Virus record (IMG/VR): IMGVR_UViG_2684622582_000003
Coordinates: 1 to 8,693 of that record
Source of the DNA: a virus
Taxonomy: Duplodnaviria > Heunggongvirae > Uroviricota > Caudoviricetes
DNA length: 8,693 bases
Reading direction: 5' to 3' (one strand)
Shown one piece after another: positions 7,635 to 8,693 of this stretch. Both the position numbers and the translations under genes were made by a program. Under the pieces are notes generated by a model. That model was not told the DNA's origin. It saw nothing but the letters and a program-made list of their open reading frames with translations, and did no database searches. The stretch's first letter is position 1. The number at the start of each line of letters is the position of its first letter.

Positions 7635-8183
7635 TCAGGCTTGAATACCCTTATCGAATCCCGGTAATAAAAACTGTCCCTGCCTTTCCAGGCGTTTCAG
7701 CTTTGCAAGCAATTGAGTTTTTTTCGTTCTTCCCCAGCGATTGAGCAGGCGGCCAGACATACTGGCGACATCCTTCTCTTTCATATACTCCAACATTATG
7801 GCGTTGCGTTCTGCTTCATAACTTTCGCTGTACTTACGGAGTTCTGCTGACATCCAGTTAAAGGCATTTATATAGGCCTCTTTAACGGCGTCGGCTTTTG
7901 CGCCATTAAATCCCATGACCAGCATAACGAAGCCACTAAAGTCCATGCGGTAGTAAATCTGTTTCTTGTCGAAAATCCCTAAATCATTGATTTTTTCGGC
8001 AACGCAAAAGTGCGCTCTCCGGAAATCTTCAGAGCAATGACAATTTTTCAGCGCCCTCAATACGTCCGCATGACGCTTACCAAATGCCTTTGCGATCTGG
8101 AAAGTGTCAGTTACCGGCTCACCCTCTGCTGCGGTAACTAACTGGCGAAAGTCAAAATCAGGAGTCTCAATTAATTCACTCAT
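7635..8183 (-). CDS. Phage regulatory protein, Rha family (N-terminal Rha-like DNA-binding domain), accessory gene between the lysis cassette and cos
   Basis: 182-aa ORF with ATG start and a GAGTAGG SD-like sequence about 12 nt upstream. Motifs FGKRHADVLRAL and MGFNGAKAxxxKEAYINAFNWM fit the Rha / Phage_pRha family signature as I recall it. The C-terminal 70 aa are basic, probably helical, and unassigned. Occupies the Rz-to-cos slot where lambda carries bor. Confidence 0.6.
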   Translation of the reverse strand: MSELIETPDFDFRQLVTAAEGEPVTDTFQIAKAFGKRHADVLRALKNCHCSEDFRRAHFCVAEKINDLGIFDKKQIYYRMDFSGFVMLVMGFNGAKADAVKEAYINAFNWMSAELRKYSESYEAERNAIMLEYMKEKDVASMSGRLLNRWGRTKKTQLLAKLKRLERQGQFLLPGFDKGIQA

Positions 8184-8335
8184 GTCGTATGCCTACTCTT
8201 TGAAATGAACCTTTGCCGCACAGGAAACCAGCCCACCGAGGCTCGCCAGCACTAACTGGTATCCTCAAAGGCCCATTCCAAAGGGTCAGGTTCGGTGGTT
8301 ATTGTGCGCTGCGGTGCGCGGTGAAATACCTATAC

Positions 8336-8359
8336 AAAAACGCCCCGCATCTGCGAGGC
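8336..8359 (-). terminator. Intrinsic-terminator-like hairpin plus U-run downstream of Rz
   Basis: On the minus-strand RNA: GCCUCGCA-GA-UGCGGGGC (8-bp stem with one G-U pair) followed by G-UUUUU. Lies 43 nt after the Rz stop codon. Confidence 0.5.
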
Positions 8360-8401
8360 ATTTTCCTGAAAGTCACTTGTTAAATTTCAGTGAGATTAAA
8401 A

Positions 8402-8693
8402 TTATTTTAAGCATTGCGTCCTGATGTACTCCTGCAGGTAGTTAACCTGCGCGGTTATCTTGTCGATTCCACTTCGGAGACGGTAATAATTGAGTTCAGC
8501 ATCTGCTGTAAGTCTTGGGCTTTCTCCATCGCCCATGCTGCTGGCTCCGGTCGTTGACTTTGCACAGGTGGCGGCGACTTGCAGGCGCTTACGACCAGCA
8601 GAAACATCAGCACGGAGACTTTCGATAGTCGCGTTAGCATCAGCAAGCTCCTTTGTGTATCTGGCGTCGAGTTCTGCTACATCACGTTGACGC
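8402..8693 (-). CDS. Rz: i-spanin Rz, 3' portion (5' end lies beyond the window)
   Basis: Minus-strand frame translates to RQRDVAELDARYTKELADANATIESLRADVSAGRKRLQVAATCAKSTTGASSMGDGESPRLTADAELNYYRLRSGIDKITAQVNYLQEYIRTQCLK-stop, matching recalled lambda Rz (RQRDVAALDAKYTKELADAK...AAGRRRL...SPRL...QCR). Stop codon TAA at 8402-8404. Confidence 0.9.
   Translation of the reverse strand, partial: RQRDVAELDARYTKELADANATIESLRADVSAGRKRLQVAATCAKSTTGASSMGDGESPRLTADAELNYYRLRSGIDKITAQVNYLQEYIRTQCLK
8455..8640 (-). CDS. Rz1: o-spanin Rz1, outer-membrane lipoprotein, embedded in the +1 frame of Rz
   Basis: ATG at 8638-8640 gives a 61-aa product MLTRLSKVSVLMFLLVVSAC-KSPPPVQSQRPEPAAWAMEK... with signal peptide, lipobox (VSAC) and Pro-rich mature region, like lambda Rz1. 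Entirely inside Rz in a different frame. The ORF track starts two codons upstream at TTG. Confidence 0.85.
   Translation of the reverse strand: MLTRLSKVSVLMFLLVVSACKSPPPVQSQRPEPAAWAMEKAQDLQQMLNSIITVSEVESTR

Noticed and set aside
8184-8335. Possible promoter for the Rha-like gene in the 150-bp spacer after the terminator-like hairpin
   Set aside because: I could not find a convincing -35/-10 pair with proper spacing by eye. Whether there is a promoter here is left open rather than annotated.
8490-8690. 66-aa ORF on the + strand
   Set aside because: Antisense to the overlapping Rz/Rz1 genes, which together already account for two frames of this segment.
1-8693. Checked for CRISPR repeats, tRNA-like structures, IS or transposon ends, and toxin-antitoxin or defence-system gene pairs
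   Set aside because: No regularly spaced direct repeats, no terminal inverted repeats flanking a transposase-like ORF, and no gene pairs outside the lambda-like structural set. The Rha-like gene is the only non-structural cargo and stands alone.

Overview
This window is the packaging and head-morphogenesis module of a lambda-like (lambdoid siphovirus) genome, in prophage or circular/concatemer order, with every gene on the minus strand. Reading right to left on the + strand: the 3' part of the spanin gene Rz with its embedded Rz1 lipoprotein gene (the end of the lysis cassette), an intrinsic-terminator-like hairpin, a 182-aa gene with a Rha-family regulatory motif, a noncoding right-end segment, a complete cos site (cosN, whose 12-nt cohesive end is identical to lambda's, plus cosB), then Nu1, A, W, B, C (with a probable nested Nu3), D and E. 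Gene calls rest on my recall of the lambda proteins and on lambda-like order, spacing and overlaps; no database search was run. I see no tRNA, CRISPR array, IS element or recognisable defence system. The only accessory-looking cargo is the Rha-like gene between Rz and cos. Other points worth follow-up are the altered cosB repeats together with a changed Nu1 recognition helix, and a three-fold module expansion in the C/Nu3 scaffold region. Long + strand ORFs in the track are antisense to these genes and are treated as spurious.
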